Part shown: piece by piece, positions 24,001 to 37,125 of the stretch
Layout: every line of letters begins with the position of its first letter
How positions within the stretch are numbered: the first letter of the stretch is position 1
Assembly: GCA_964035545.1 (NCBI GenBank)
Contig: OZ037769.1
Span: 2,294,001 to 2,358,000 of the forward strand
Length of the DNA: 64,000 nucleotides
Direction: 5' to 3'
Source of the DNA: Bugula neritina
Lineage: Eukaryota > Animalia > Bryozoa
The notes under the pieces: model-generated
Databases searched by the model: none
Seen by the model: the letters and a program-made list of their open reading frames with translations, nothing else
Told to the model about the DNA's origin: nothing
Program-made: the position numbers and the translations under genes

Positions 24001-27000
24001 TTACTGTGGTATTCTTTATTTTAGATTGAAAAGTTAATAATTTATTAGGTATATTTTAGGACTGAAAAAATGATTTATTTACAATTTGAAATAACTAAAA
24101 TATATTCACTTTGCTTTTTTTAATAAAAAGCATATAATTCCCAAGTTTACTTTTTTGCAGCCAAACCTTTGATCAGATTAAGTTGAACTGTTTCATCATT
24201 TATTATTGTGCTAATGTATAATATGAATTTATTATGCTTCTTTCACTCAACTCACCAGCACAATCTGTTGTCACACTGTCTGTAGATATCTCACTATCTC
24301 TATTCCCTTGGGAGTTACTCTCTCTTCTAGCTCTAATATTACATATTACCAGTTCATGTGGCTTATATCCGCAGAGTTCCTTGTTGTCAGGAAAAGTCAT
24401 CCATATCTGGCTGTTGCACCTTACCTGACAATTGAACAAAGAAATGCATAATTAGTACATTTCATTGTGTGAAATATGAATGCATGTTATCAATTTGATT
24501 TACAATTCATATCCCCAACATCTACTGCTGACAGTTCTGAGTACCTGATATACTAGCCCACTTTCTGGTCCATTAGGATAGAGTACAGGATCATAACTCA
24601 GACTAACACAGTATGGAGATACAGCTGTTAGTTTAAAGTTTCCTGGTGCTACTTGAGGAGCTGTTGATATAATATACATAGAAGTACAAAGTCAACCCTA
24701 AATTAAGAAATACTCACAGGGCATGTAATAGAAATTTTTATAAATGTTATATATAGAGAATAGATATACTGATTTTTTAATAAAAGGGTTTTTTATAAAC
24801 ACAGATTTCCTTTTACCTAATTACAAGTAAACTGATTTTACATCATTCAATAATTTTTAAAATATTTAACTTGATATATCACTTTCAATCAACCATCTGT
24901 TTATTTTTAAAAAGCTAAATAGGCTACTTATTCTTACGTAATCCAATTGATACTTCCAGAGATTTGGTTACAGGTGAAGACAAGTCTCCATCTTTGTTTT
25001 TGATTTGTACTTTAACTGTGATTGTATCTTCACTGTCTCCATATACAGTGTAACTCTCTTGATTATAATTATTAACTACTTTTGATTCTGTGGTTGAGTC
25101 TATTTCTACTCTGTATGGATTTGAAGGATGAACACAGGATGTGTAAGTTGAAGGAACCTACAATCAACATATAAAACTCAAGAAGTTATTAACACCTAAT
25201 AGTAATTATAACTGCGACTTCCATTATTACAACAAACAGCTAACTAGTTGCACAAAACCTTACTGTCCTACAAAGTAAACAATCTAAAATAACAACTAGA
25301 CGAAGATCTTGAAATCAAGTGTTATTTTGTATCTTTTTTATGTTTAAGAAACAACTTAATTTACCTATTTCTTTCAAAACAGTATGATAAAAGCAATTCT
25401 TATAATAATTCATTGGCTATATAGCATGCATACATAAAAGCTGTTATTTTCAATTGACTAAAAGGTTTTGCTACTCTATTGAGTTATGTGCAACATTTAG
25501 ACTCTTCAGCAATAATACTTTTTTACCTTCCAAGAGACAGAGTACTGGTAGCGCCATCTTCCTCCATTTTGTACTTTACTTCCTGTACTGAATGTGACAT
25601 CAACAGGTTGAGCCACAAAAAGGTCTAGAAAAATATTAATTTTTTTGAAATAATAACCAAGTAAAATAACTAGCAGTAAGACAGGTTTATACTGAGATTC
25701 AAATATAGTTATTGCAAAATAAAAACACTGCACCTTAAACTTGCTTCAGTATTTATTTGACTCTTTCATCAAGATTATTTCACTGTCCAAAATTTCATGT
25801 TTCATTATTAATTGCAAAGTTGAATAAAAAGCTCTGCATGGTATACAATTTTTTAAAGGATGTTGCTTCTGTTTAAAAAGCAGATATAAACTAATCAACT
25901 TGCACTAAATAACAACTGCAATAACGAAACGTAAAAGACTTACCTAGGCACTCATGTACTTCAGTTTCAATGACATCATCAACTCTGACACTACACTGTA
26001 GACCTTCAGCTGGTGTCAGACCACACACAGTGACATAAGTATTACCTCCTGATGATCTCCAAGAAGAAGTTCCACATGAAAACTGAAAGTTAAAAGCAAC
26101 ATTTCAATTATAGTGATAATTTTTACGACAACAGTTCTATTGTGATAGAATTTTCAAGAGAATAAGTTTAGGACAAAAATACTTCAAAAATATATTTGTT
26201 GTAGTAGTAGCTGGTAATATTAATTCAATCATACAAATAATGACAAATAAACTCAAGATGATGATATAGATGATACTTCACAGCCAGCTTCCACACAAGA
26301 GTGAATATAATATTTAGCAAGTTATATAATCTGAAACTAATCAAATCAACACAACATAATATACTCATACCTGATAGTTAGCTTCTACATCTGTATATGG
26401 ATTATCCCAGTCAAGTCTCACACAATCAGATGATATCTGACTCAGTTTCAGGTTTCTTGGTTTAAAATCAGCTGGAGCTGTAAATAATTATAATTACTTT
26501 CAACATTAGCTTGAACTAACAATAAAGATAAATATAATTTATATAACTTTGAATATTAATTAGAATTAAATAAATATTAAGCAATGTTAAATATATTCAT
26601 AATAAGTAAAAATGTTTATTTTAAATGCTTAAGAATAATATTATATGTTGAAAGCAATAAATTATTTCTATTTTAGGTAGAATATATTTGAAAGTAAAAT
26701 AAGTGTTTGCATTCTGTGTGCAGATCAATGATAGCAACAAAAAATTGCCAATACAATTAGAGTTTATATAATTCTAAAAGTTTAATGATCCAACTTTCAA
26801 TTCATTTTTATATTCATTATACATTATAGCTTGATTAGATTTAATATAATTTTATTATATCCATTAAGTAATATGAATGTTTCAAATTATTTATATATGT
26901 GTTATATATATCTTTCTAGGGTAAAAGACTAAAATTGGTTGACTTTGTGTATCAACATACAATGGCTCTAATTAAAATGTTAGGCTATTGATAGTTTTTT

Positions 27001-30000
27001 GCTGTTTGGTATTTTATTCATTGGCGAAAATTTGAGATTAGCAAAAATGGAGATATCAATATTTTTGCTAGAAAAAAATTGTTATACTACACATTCAGAA
27101 TACCAATAGGATATAAATATAAATATAAAAAAACAAAAGTTGTTTTGAAAGTGTGTAAAGAATAAAGTGTAAGGTAACACTAGATTTTTTCTAAATCTTA
27201 GAAATGTGTTCGCCAATTTACATTTTACTGTTCAAAATTGATAAGTATATTTAGCTTTTAAAAGATGCATGTGAGAAAAGATGTGGGATAGAAAACATTG
27301 AAATTAAAGGAATTTATACTTCACACGCTATTACTTGTAAGGTTATTTTATTTAAGGAGAAAAATATTCCGTGAGAGTTTCTTAGCATAATTCCTACTTT
27401 TACCTTTTTAAGCACAATTTATATTCATTATTTTTGTCGAGTAAATTTAACGCTATGTGTTCACATTAAATGCATAATATTTTTTTATGCTCTATCACTT
27501 TGCCCAATAAGTACACATAACATGTCGTTGAGCTAATCTGTATTAAACTAATTTAATTTGTGAAGTCAGCAAATGAAATTAATTTTTAAACGGTTTGTCA
27601 AATATACGCTATACAAAAATTTTGCTTTTTGCCTCTCTATAACTGCTAATTTATAGTCACTCTCCCTGTGAGAAACTCTAAGAGTGAAGGTTCATATAAA
27701 GTGAGCTTATAAGGACTTTTTCTGATGTGGAACAAGGGCAATTATAAACGAATGTTCTTCCTAACATAACCTATAGCTTTTACTAAATATTGAACCCATG
27801 ACTTTGTGTTTACTAATCCAGTCTTTAACCGCTAGACCTTGACTGCTCTCCAAATCTGCTTTATATTTTGCACCAACCTTTATAACGCTACACTGTTGTT
27901 GTTTACCATTGATTTTTGTTCTAACAACCTAACTTATATTATATGTATATTTTATATAAATGTGTACCAGTACGTTATTCAACTCACCATATCCAAACAC
28001 CTCAACTTCTGAGAGAGTTAATCCACCAGAAGATTCTCTCATCACAGCAACATACAGAGAGTATGAAGCTGGTCTTATGTCAACTTTCCAATGATTTAAT
28101 CCACTTCCCTCATAATAAACACTGGTCCAGTAACTCTTGTGATTGACTGGATGCACATTGCCAGTGTCAGGTTTAGTAAGTATGTTTACTCCGATCATTC
28201 TAATAAAAGGATGACCTGCAGTGTGTACAAACACAAAACAATTATAAAATCTGCTCTACTACTTTAAAACTATAATTTAACAAGTTATTAGAACCTTTTT
28301 TTAGTTTTTAGTAAACTTCAACATAACTAGCTCTTAAGTTGTATGAAGACAGCCAATTTTTATTCAAAGTTTCACAGTAGGTTTCATCCTGGATAAATTC
28401 TTCCCAGTTAGACGATATTTTTAATTTTGTTACCTATATAATTGTTGTATTGATTGCTAAATATACCTTATGTACTTATAGCTATAATAATAGCTAATAT
28501 AAATTATTTAGAATAATAGCCCAATTTCCCCCCTCTAGATTTTTGTGAGACCAAAAAACGGTAATTAATTAATAATGAACATTATCTTTAACAAATACTT
28601 ATTAATGAAATACTTTTTCAAACACCGACAAGTATAGAAAATGCAAAATAATAAGTTAATGCAGATCAAAAGAATTTACTGTATATTTATTAAATAGCAA
28701 GCAGTTGATTCAAGTTTACTTAAACACACATATATTTCAATAACACTCAAATAAATTTCTTATAAGATATATATCGTATCAAAATAAATAAATAGTGTCT
28801 AAGTGGGAAGCATCTATCTGGGATGACATCGAATAGTATGAAACCATAGTGTTCGAAAAACACCAGTTTAGAAGACTAAGTCACTTTAACCACATTGCAA
28901 ACAATCAGATTCGTATTATATATACTAATGCTATTTGTTCTATAACTTTTACATGACATTTATACAGCCTATGTAATTTATAATTATAATTTTTTTATAA
29001 AGGTTTTTAAATGTTTAAATAAGTATCTGATTACTTGTTATAGAAGCTGGTTGTTGTTTAGTTTTCAGGAAAAATAATTCCACCAACATCACTATAATGC
29101 TAAATGTTCAATCATGTTCAACAAAAGATATGAAACTATCATAAGGATCCCAGTAAACCTTACTTAATGTTTTGCGAAATAACTTTATAATCTAACAAAT
29201 CTTCTAAACGTTTTATTATATAGCAAAAGGCTGCCCTTCTTCAACAATGTCTATATTCTGAATAGAATATAGAATATTTAAGGATATGCAAAATTTATGC
29301 TCCTACATTTCCAAAATATGAAGCCATGCAATTAAAATACGAATGTAAATAACACATGATAATTCGCTAACAACTCACCTGTAAATACATTGACTTCAGT
29401 AACAAAGTACTTGTTTACCAGATCTATTCTTATCCACATGTTGACATCAGTTGAAGTAGAAATGTAGCATGCATTACATTCTACCTCAGAGTTGGTTATA
29501 GCTGGTGCACTAGAACCCCATGAAGTTATCTCAGCATATCTGTCTCCATCCACTATCACACTGATGTCATTACTACCTCTGGTACTTGGTGGAGATGATT
29601 TGTATACTGATTTACTTCGGGCTAAATTTTGAAGCACTGCTAAAAGAATAAAACACATATAGATATATACGAAATGATAAAATAAATGTGTGCAGCATGT
29701 GTAGATCTATTTGCAGAAGCAAGTGTAGTAAACTGCAAGGTACCAAAAGATTTATGCAGTAATTATTTTGCAAACTTGATTTATTGATCGCTATAAACTA
29801 TTACATGCATTTTTCCTAACAGCTTATAGATGCGCTAAGATCACTGCAAATTATGTATGTAAAACATGTCATCTAAATTTATTAAAACACAGTTTTACCT
29901 TCCGCATTGAATTTACTTTATACTCACAATACTTCAAACACAGCAGCAATTTTTACTTCAAGCATTATAATTGAATTATAGTTAAGCAGCTTGGCTATAC

Positions 30001-30288
30001 CATTACAGGTTATAATCTAAAATTAGCCAATTTTATATTTCGAAGAGTTACTGCTACTTGATCACATTATAAGTAAAAGATTGTAGACAGTTCTGCTCTG
30101 AAGCTACCAAATGAGTCATGTTGAAAACACATCTTATACATTCCACTATTTAGTGAAATCAATTTAGTAATATTTAATTTATATAGACCAATGTAAATAA
30201 CAAACAAACCTTCAGCAACTGCAGCTATCTCTACAAGTAGTAAGAAAACCACAAGTTGTTTGCAGGTGATTAGCATCCCCCTCTTCAT
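12430..30288 (-). CDS. Receptor-type protein tyrosine phosphatase, paralog B (signal peptide, F-type-lectin-like domain, 5 FN3, juxtamembrane domain, TM, PTP D1 + D2); 34 exons, about 1484 aa
   Basis: Exons (all GT-AG, phase-consistent, total 4455 nt): 30210-30288, 29379-29639, 27988-28215, 26371-26477, 25944-26082, 25527-25624, 24938-25157, 24545-24660, 24256-24424, 23238-23323, 22686-22905, 22327-22430, 21826-22006, 21601-21700, 21204-21456, 20712-20763, 20419-20518 (TM), 19725-19825, 19032-19177, 18703-18790 (KNRY), 18319-18392 (DYINA), 18048-18090 (FIATQG), 17507-17604 (DFWLMIW), 16631-16756 (KCEQYWP), 16137-16285 (WPDHGVP, VHCS), 15914-16049 (TGVGRTG, IIQT), 15487-15645, 15315-15387, 14755-14825 (YINA), 14255-14377 (FIATQLP, DFWRMI), 13453-13587, 13094-13284, 12774-12909, 12430-12522 (TGA). 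Confidence 0.93.
16897..17440 (-). mobile_element. tRNA-derived SINE copy interrupted by a MITE
   Basis: Head AGGAGCAGCTGTGGTCTAGAGGTTAGAG on minus at about 17440-17410; tail TATAGTCACTATC...GTGAGAAA at about 16900-16926, matching other copies; MITE at 16983-17318 lies between them. Confidence 0.75.
16983..17318. mobile_element. MITE (336 bp, about 70-bp TIRs, TAA TSD; PIF/Harbinger-like)
   Basis: GCCTAGGGCCACAGGGTGTGTATTTTCGCATGCGAAAATTGAAATCACAAGTAGCAAAG... is mirrored at the right end; TAA at 16980-16982 and 17319-17321. Confidence 0.9.
17944..18005. repeat. (AT)n microsatellite
   Basis: Direct read. Confidence 0.95.
18210..18325. repeat. About 17-bp tandem repeat (ACTTCAATATTATACTA) derived from an exon/donor junction
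   Basis: Minus-strand units ATTGAAGTTAGTATAAT resemble the real junction ATTGAA|GTAAGTATGAT at 18319. Confidence 0.8.
18834..18954. repeat. Heptamer-like (TATATTG/CATATTG)n simple repeat
   Basis: Direct read. Confidence 0.9.
27650..27851 (-). mobile_element. tRNA-derived SINE copy (diverged)
   Basis: TATAGTCACTCTCCCTGTGAGAAAC tail and GAACCCATGAC...TTTACTA...TAACCGCTAGACC head match the copy at 60953. Confidence 0.8.
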
Positions 30289-32169
30289 GAAGGCAATTGT
30301 TGTTGGTTCTTAGGCTATATTGCTGCAAGTTAATTCAAGTTATACTAGCTTTAAGTAAATAGTTTACTCTGTTTTATACTAACTCTATAGCAGCAGTTTA
30401 TAAGACGATTTCTGACGCCCCTAAAGCTGCTATGCCTCTATATGAAATAGCTATAACTAAAACACTTAGTATTTTCAACAACTTCCTCCTTGCCTAGCTA
30501 ATATTAGTCTATTGAAAGGAAATCTCTGTGTTATAGTCTTTTTGATGAAGCCCTGTAGTATACAAATGGTACAATACTTAGGTTGCTATGTAAACATAGC
30601 TAGAACTATTAACTTATTGTTGTAGTTTTGTGGACTACTATAGGCGTGGTATTATTGTGTGCTAGATTGCTAAGTCATAATCTAACTACGAAAACCGTGG
30701 AGTTGTTGCGTTTATATGAACAATTGTATTTACAGATCTAATTACAAAAAGCAAAGTATAAACAATAAAAAAATGCATTTGAGATTCGAATACACAAGTA
30801 ATTAACGGAACTCTATATCTATCTTAGGGCTGGGCGCCTGAAGGTGCTGCTTATAAAGGGAAAGTATCATTTGATTGGCCGGTGAAGTGTGGCATTTTGA
30901 AATGCTAGCCTGATAGTAGCACGGAGAGTTATCACACCTTGAAAATATAATATAATATATAATATACGAGTGTCTGTATACCTAGTGGTTGTGGCTGTGG
31001 TTGTGGTAATGGCTGTGGAAAGCAACACTTCCCACAGCCATTACAATATTATACCCATTGACATAACATCTGCATCAAATAAGACGATAGTCCTCATTTT
31101 GTAAAAGCTTCAGTAGTTAAGAAATTATATTATGTAAGCATTTAAAGACTTGTTCAACAAATCAATGTTTTGACTTAAAACATAAAATATGATATTATAA
31201 TAGCTGTGAACCTTCTAAATATGAATAAAAAAGTAAAGGTAATGAAGCATGCAGCTAATTGCTTCGAAATAATTAAATTTAGATTTGCAGTTAATTCATT
31301 AACTGAAAGGAGTCAGTCAGCCAAAACCACTATGTCTGTAAGGCAATATATTAGAGCAATTTGTACTTAATAACTGAACCTTGTAGTTTTGTGAACCTGT
31401 CAAAATAAGCCTATTATTCAATGAAATAGGCTGCAGTATCAGTTAACTACACAAGGTCATGCATGAATGAAGTAGAGAGACAATATCACCACATCATGCT
31501 CATGCATCATTCAACAACTCAATTTTCCTTTACATATTATATCTTCAAATTAAAAAAACTGCAAGGTGGGGTAACTCTAATTTTGCACAAATTAATGGCT
31601 TTTTTTGTAGTCCGTAATATACTACCTTGAAATTCAAGCTAGCAATTTTTCAATAATTGCTTGAAGCTATAAACTAGAATCGTAATTTACTAAAGAAAAC
31701 TGCTTCTTACAAATCAAATTGATGTAAAATTTCCAAGTAAATCAGTAAGCTTACTTGTCTAAGTATAAAGTACGTCAAGTAATCAATTTAGTTCATGATT
31801 GTTCTTATACACACTCTGGTTGGAGTTGTCTCTACATGAAAATATATTATTCAAGGAATGAGTTCAAAGGCATGTACTTCATAGTTTTATAACTAATCAA
31901 ACATATATATCTACGCAACACTATTAAATGTAATAAATGTTACAAACGTGATTTGAGCCAAGTAAAGACATTGCTGCATCTCGGCATGTTACATGCCAAC
32001 TTATTTTCTCCGTATGATTATGTCAGCAAATATTTAGCCACAATAAACTAGAAACTCAGCACAACATTTGCATGTACAAAGTTACTACTTTCATGCTAAA
32101 CCAGGCATCCTTGAAAAATGAACTTTTTACAGAAAAATACTTTCAACTGATTTTTAAAAAAAGCCTGAG

Positions 32170-32361
32170 CAAGTTTATAGTCGCTATCCCTGTGAGACGA
32201 CCCTGATAGAAAGAGTTTTTTTTAGAATGAGTTAAGGATTTGTTTAGATAAGGCGCAATTAGAGCAATTATGACTGAATGCTCTTTCTAACATTACCAAT
32301 GGCCTTTGTTGGGGTTCGAACTCATGACTTAGTGTTCACAAAGCAAGACCATGGCTGATCC
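32170..32361 (-). mobile_element. tRNA-derived SINE copy
   Basis: TTTATAGTCGCTATCCCTGTGAGA...GAGCAATTATGACTG...TTCGAACTCATGAC matches the family. Confidence 0.85.
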
Positions 32362-34165
32362 CTCAACTGGTTTCAAAGAGTGATGAGGGGAGGGAAATGA
32401 TATTTATTATATTTCACATATAAATGTACATGGCAATTCAAAATTTAACTAAGATTCTTGTAAAAATGTTTCCCATAAGAAATTAATAAATCCCCAAAAT
32501 AGAGCTACCGGAACAGGACAAAGCTGGATAGGTGGGAATAGGTGAAAGTAAAGGTGAGAATAGAGTAAGCAAATAGGTATTTGGAGTTACGTCATAGTAT
32601 TATTGTGTTAGAATGTGTTAAGAATGATTTAATCATGTCACCTGGTGCATTTTATTCACCTTTCTTCATGTTTATTGTATTCTATGCTGGTAAAGGGGCA
32701 GACCTACAAACCCTGTTTGTGATATGCAGGAAGATTTCTTACCAGCTATGACTCATGGAGGAAATGTCTCAACAGATTGCAAGGCACTGAAATTCTTTTT
32801 CAATGAAAATGTGACTGCCAAAAATAGTTCTTTCTTTCTGACTGCACCGAGTAGCTGGTCAAAACTAATTGGGTAGATGAAAATTAGGAAACTAATAATG
32901 TTACTAGCATATGCCCAGATAACAAATTTGTTAGGCATTAAAAAACAAAATAAATTTTGCTGCAAAAGGAGTTGTCTGCACTATGACAATAGTTTAGGAA
33001 AAATATTCCATGGAACTTATACTGGCAGTAAGTAATTGTATAATATAAGAATTACACACTTGAGTGTACTTTGTTTCATTTAACATGTGCTTTTGACTAA
33101 ATGAAATTAATGATATTTATTTAAATTGCAAAGTGGAATGAAATTTAGCTTCTCTTTAAAATAAAGCCAGTTAGACTGCAAGGAAGGAGCGTATTTTGAC
33201 ATCGTGAAAATACAAAGAAATAGAGATTTTAAGTTTTTTACCAAAGTACTTCAATAAACCACAGTTTTCATGCTGAGCTACTTTTGCAAGTTAAATGTAA
33301 TAGCTACACAATTTTACAATAATTTCATTATAAGTTGAAAAATATTGTTGGTTTCTTTTAAAAGCCTTCAGTTTTCTATATTTCCTTAGTAAATAAACAC
33401 TGCTAACACTGCTGTACTTTGTAATTTTAGCAAAGAATAATATCAATATGCTATCAACTCAAAAACCATACCGTTAGGTATTACAGGTACAACAACTATG
33501 CATTGTGTAACAATATGTTTATGCAACGAGTTACTCAACTAATTAAGGAACTGTAAAACTATCCAACAGATTTATTGAGGAAAAAATTATTCAATCAGCT
33601 GATAGTCTACTATAATAATGTTGGCAAGGTTAATAAATAAAGTCAATATGCATGACCAATTCATCTATTTTCACTAAGCAAACTGGCTATTATAACTTAT
33701 TTTTAATGTTGTATTCAAAAATGATGTCATAGAAATCAGCTGGTTATGCAACATTATTCTTTGCCTCATGTTGCTTCCTAGCTTAGCACAGCTTAATCAC
33801 ACTGAGTGACCCTATTCCCCCCCTCCTCCCACTTCCAAGAAGATTCTGGCTATACTCTGCTATAGTAGTAAACATTCTACTGGTGTGATTTATACAGAGC
33901 ACTTATCTACTCTGCAACAAAGCATCTACAGGTACAGAAGCTCTTGAATGGGTCACAATATTGTTTGTAAGCAACAGTTTTCCTGCACTAAATAAGGAAA
34001 TATAAAACTGCTCAGGGTGTTTGTTGAAGAATAAGTCATTTAATCAAAGAAACTTTGCTAATTATGTTGATAATCAATGACTATGTTATGTAATTTTAGT
34101 GCACAAACCAACTACTAAATATGTTTTAATTTCCTATTTAAAAAGCATAATATTTTGCTTTCTAA

Positions 34166-34362
34166 ACAGCCATGGTTTAGGTGTTAGAGTGTTTGCCTAG
34201 TAAACACGAGGTCATGAATTCAAACCAACCTCCCCCCCACAAAAGCCATTAGTGTTGTTAGGAAGAGCATCCAGTCATAATTGCTCCTGTGCCTCATTTA
34301 AATAAGTCCTTAGCCAGCTTTAACAACAACCCTTACTATCGGGGATAGCAACTATAAACTTG
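34166..34362 (+). mobile_element. tRNA-derived SINE copy
   Basis: CAGCCATGGTTTAGGTGTTAGAG...CTAGTAAACACGAGGTCATG...CAGTCATAATTGCTCCTGTGCCTCA...AATAAGTCCTTAGCC...GGATAGCAACTATAAAC. Confidence 0.85.
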
Positions 34363-36430
34363 CTTGAGTTTTTTTATATTTTGCTTTGTTATAAACAGGA
34401 AATTAAATTTATTCACTAAAATTTCATAACATTGCCATGCGCATTAATTTTCGATCATTTGGCCAACATAATTAGCAAAGTTGCTTTGATTAAATGACTT
34501 ATTCTTTAACATACAAAGTTTTGTTCCATTCAAGAGCTTTTGTACCCCGCAGTACCTATAATGAGTTGATAACATGTTATTATCATAATAATGTTGAATA
34601 AAACTTCAACACACTATTGGCTCTGTGTAAAGGCTGTTGGTTGTGCTAGATATACCTATTTTTAACTTGTTTTCTAGTAATGCTAATGTTTGGGCTCACC
34701 AGTTGTAAATCAAGAAAAGAAAATTTCTTCTCTTGTATAACTACCAATTTATTTTTACTCTCATTTATTGCGGCTTTTGTCCTGTTCGGGTAGCAGGTGC
34801 AATACTTATGACTCAACAATTATTACGATGCTACAAATAGAATCAAGCCAAATCAGATTGAAGGCCCATTTATTTAGCAGAAGTTATATGACAATTCTAG
34901 TCCACACCATTTGTACAAGTAGAGATTACATATATCAATGTGGGATATTTTATGATGTATATTGCCAAATTGTACAAATAAACTGAGAAAATTCTTGGTG
35001 CACCCAGGTTATAGTAGGTGTGACAGCGCCCAATACAACATATACACTGCCAATATGATATACACACTCAACAAAAGTCTCTCAGGGCTGCCTAGTCAAA
35101 CTGTCATCCATTCATACAGTCAGTTTTGATATTGTATCCTTTTTGTGGTGAACAACTAGAAAATTATGGTAATTTATGTTAATTTTAAAGACAGCATCTT
35201 AGTAATATTTTGTTGTATATATAAAGCTCTGAGAAAAACAACATTTCAGAAAATACATCCCTTGCCTGCAGCCTCTTTTCCATAAGTATAGAGTAAGCAA
35301 AGTAAACAAAGTATATACAAAGTGGTAAAATTGTGTAGATTCACCAAGGTCAAAAACAGATGTGCCACGTTTTTTATTACCACTATTTTCCTTTGAAACC
35401 TGACCAGGTGTCAAAAAAGAGTGGTTGCAGTTAATATCACTATTTTAAATATTTCACCTGCCAAAATCTGAAATACTATCCTTGAGTGCATATATATATA
35501 TTATATTACACAACATCACAAAATCATTCAACCATGAAGGGAAGGGGAGACTTTTGTCTGCTCAACTTTACACCGACAACTGACCTCTACAAGGAAACCA
35601 ATGACTTGTATAGTGGCAAACAACAATATTATTCTGCTATGGCTCATTAATTTAGAGGCAAAAGTTGAAAGTCTAGCAACATTATTATGGTATAATTATA
35701 TTTATTTATATATATATATTTGATACATCTCTATGAATAAACTGCAATTACAGAATTTAATCCAACTTCATTTGAGTGAGTAAAACATAAAAGTTATGCA
35801 ATTTGCAAAAACTGTGAAGCTTGTACAAAACAAGGATTTATTTGTGGAAAAATGTTTTGCAGTATTATTTGAAGAAGATAAACCAATAGCTGAGTTTTTC
35901 AGTGAGACAGCCAATAGTTAGAGTCACAAAGTTATGCAAGTACTCAGGCCTGTAGGCTACTCTTTGCCCATAAGCACTTAATCATAATGGTAAACAATAA
36001 TGTAAAGTACTTAACTAATCTGGTTAGAATAATGTATCAATTTCAGTGTTGCATCATTGCCCAACTGCCAAATAACTCACTCCTCCATGTTATATCCTAT
36101 TGTCATTCGAATAACAAACCACCTACAAACCATTATTAAGTATTATATGCTATTCAGCAACATTTTTGAGGTAAAACTAGTTCAAAGTGTATTCACATAT
36201 ATTTAATTTTTAGTTGAAGCGTTCAAACGTTTATAAGAAATATTTATATATTTATAAAATATACTGGAGATCCATAATTCAAGATATAAAACTATTAATA
36301 AATACTAAAAAAAATATTCACTTTTTTGAGGTATTTATTTTGCAGTTAAACAGTTATAACACTGATTTAGAGTAGTTTGACAGAGCTCACACAATTAGCA
36401 TAATATGTTGGTCTCGATATATAACACTAT

Positions 36431-36594
36431 CACTGCGTTTCCATGACTGCGCATAATGCGAATGAATGCTTCGTACGGATTATTTGTGGTTTGTGGTTTG
36501 CATTACCTTATAGTTGCGGTTTCATCCGATGTAACTGTTTCCATTAGCCGAATGAAAAAATCCATTCGCATAATGCGATAATGGAAACGCAGTG
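36431..36594. mobile_element. MITE (164 bp, TIR CACTGCGTTTCCAT, 3-bp TSD TAT; Harbinger- or CACTA-like)
   Basis: CACTGCGTTTCCAT...ATGGAAACGCAGTG flanked by TAT on both sides; internal repeated CGCATAATGCGA. Confidence 0.85.
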
Positions 36595-37125
36595 TATAGC
36601 TGTTGATCATAACAGCAGTGGTTGGGGATTTGATAACTTTACTACTACTGACGTGCTATAAGTTAGCCAATAGGATAGGTTTACCCCAACTGTTTATTCC
36701 CAAACATCAAAGTAGGTTTCATTACTAAAAAAAATCTACAATTTTGTAACAGCCATGCAGTAAGCCAAGTATGAACATTATGCAATTTCGTAGAATTATA
36801 CAATTCTTTTTAAAAATCAGTGATTTTGTCATGGAATTTTTTTTGATATACTTTTAACAGAGATGAATCATTAGCTGATTTACCTAATGTACGGGCTGTA
36901 GAGTGATCATGCGAGCATGTTCAAATGTTGGTATCAGTTCATCACTACAGCCTTTAATCATGTGACAGTGATAAGATAGCATTGCTACATCATGATTCCA
37001 GTTAGCTAATAGGATCCTAGCTAGCCAATGAGAGAGCAGCGCCCGTGAGAGCAGGTGTAATAAAACAGCACGAAGCAATTATTGACCTGCTATTTCATCT
37101 ATTGGTTGCGGAAGTGCTAATAATC

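Noticed and set aside
37101-37116. ATTGG plus CGGAAGTG (CCAAT/ETS-like) promoter motifs
   Set aside because: Short motifs only 10 bp from the ATG; cannot be told from chance without TSS data.
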